A stretch of DNA of 20,000 bases, taken from positions 49,553,578 through 49,573,577 of the forward strand of contig NC_057719.1 in NCBI RefSeq assembly GCF_004010195.1, written 5' to 3'. The notes below the pieces were generated by a model. The model was not told where the DNA came from. It saw nothing but the letters and a program-made list of their open reading frames with translations, and did no database searches. Within the stretch, counting starts at the first letter, position 1. Each line of letters opens with the position of its first letter. Shown in pieces: positions 18,935-20,000 of this stretch. This stretch comes from Chiloscyllium plagiosum (lineage: Eukaryota). Position numbers and translations under genes: made by a program.

Positions 18935-20000
18935 AGATTTTTTTATTATTTTACAACAAATACAAAACAATGCAATTCAAAACAGTACAAAAATAGTACA
19001 AAACTAAACCCAAATAATAAAAAAAATCCCCAAATCACCCTCCTATACGAATGTATAAACATATATAGGGAAGTATAAAATTAAAATAAAAACCTAAACT
19101 TGCTATTTAACTAACTAAATAAATACCTAACAACAAACAAATAAATAGAAATAACTCAGCCCAGCCAAACAAAACACTCATACATTCACAGTTCCTCCTC
19201 CCTGGATATTGGACTCATGAAACACAATTGTTGCGGCTTTTTAAAAGCCCTTGTTAGTGTGGCAGATAAATCTGTGTCCAGGTATTTCAAAAAGGGTTGC
19301 CATGTCTTGTAAAAATTCTCAGTTTTGTGGTGTACCATATTTGTGAGAAAATCCAGGGGAATATGCTCCATAACAATCTTCCGCCAACCCGACAGGCCTG
19401 GGGGGTTTTCTGATATTCAACCTAACAAGATATTCTTCCTTGCACAGAATGTAAGAATATTGAAAAGTTTTTCCTTATGCGAGTCTGCAGGAAATGCAAT
19501 GGGTCGGCCCAAAAGGAGCTAATAGGGTCCTTCTCCACCCCTACACCTAAAGTCCTCTCCATTGCACCCACCACAGCGCTCCAATATGTTTGAAGCCTGT
19601 CACAAGACCAAAGACAATGGGTAAGAGTACCCGGACAGACCTTGCACTTGGAACATGCTGAAGATACCCCTGGTTTAAATTTTGACAAACGGTCTGGGGC
19701 TAAGTGGACCCTGTGGAGAATCTTCAACTGTAAAGCATGGGTCCTATTGCAAATTGATATCTTCCTTGCATTCTCCCAAATATCCACAATGCCTCTGAAG
19801 AAACTTGAATACCCAGCTCTCTTTCCCACATCTTGCAGAGTCGATCAGATTCATCTGAGGTGGCACCCCCCAATTAGTGATATAGAGTACTGACAGAGAG
19901 TGTAGTCTTAGCCCTTAGTACCCCTCTTTCTATGTCAGATTTGTAGGGATCAGTCAAAAGTGTGGTCTTTTTTTGAATAAAATCCCTAACTTGAAAAAAA
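18935..20000 (-). mobile_element. L1-clade LINE 3' portion (ORF2 C-terminal zinc finger plus T-rich 3' UTR), runs off the window end
   Basis: IWENARKISICNRTHALQLKILHRVHLAPDRLSKFKPGVSSACSKCKVCPGTLTHCLWSCDRLQTYW matches the L1 pattern C-x2-C..HxxWxC. Also MEHIPLDFLT..FYKTWQPFLKYL. Frameshifted, with an A-rich end at ~18937-18952. Confidence 0.88.

Overview
Eukaryotic, repeat-dominated intergenic or intronic DNA with no recognisable host exon. It is most likely from a cartilaginous fish: three HE1-type V-SINEs and a DeuSINE point to a shark, and this is an inference. The window is largely nested retroelements. It holds three Penelope-like elements (PLEs) from at least two clades, two short non-coding inverted-repeat elements built from PLE pLTR ends, L1, L2 and CR1 LINE fragments, several tRNA-SINEs, a decayed internally deleted Gypsy split by a solo LTR with a 4-bp TSD, and a pogo/Tigger-like non-autonomous DNA transposon carrying a minisatellite and a 310-N gap. 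The most striking signal is about nine minimal type-I hammerhead ribozyme motifs (CTGANGA-stemII-GAAA-short palindrome-UH) in four sequence families. Several occur as opposite-strand pairs at the two ends of inverted-repeat elements, two of which have no coding capacity. Family names come from motif recognition only; no database searches were run.
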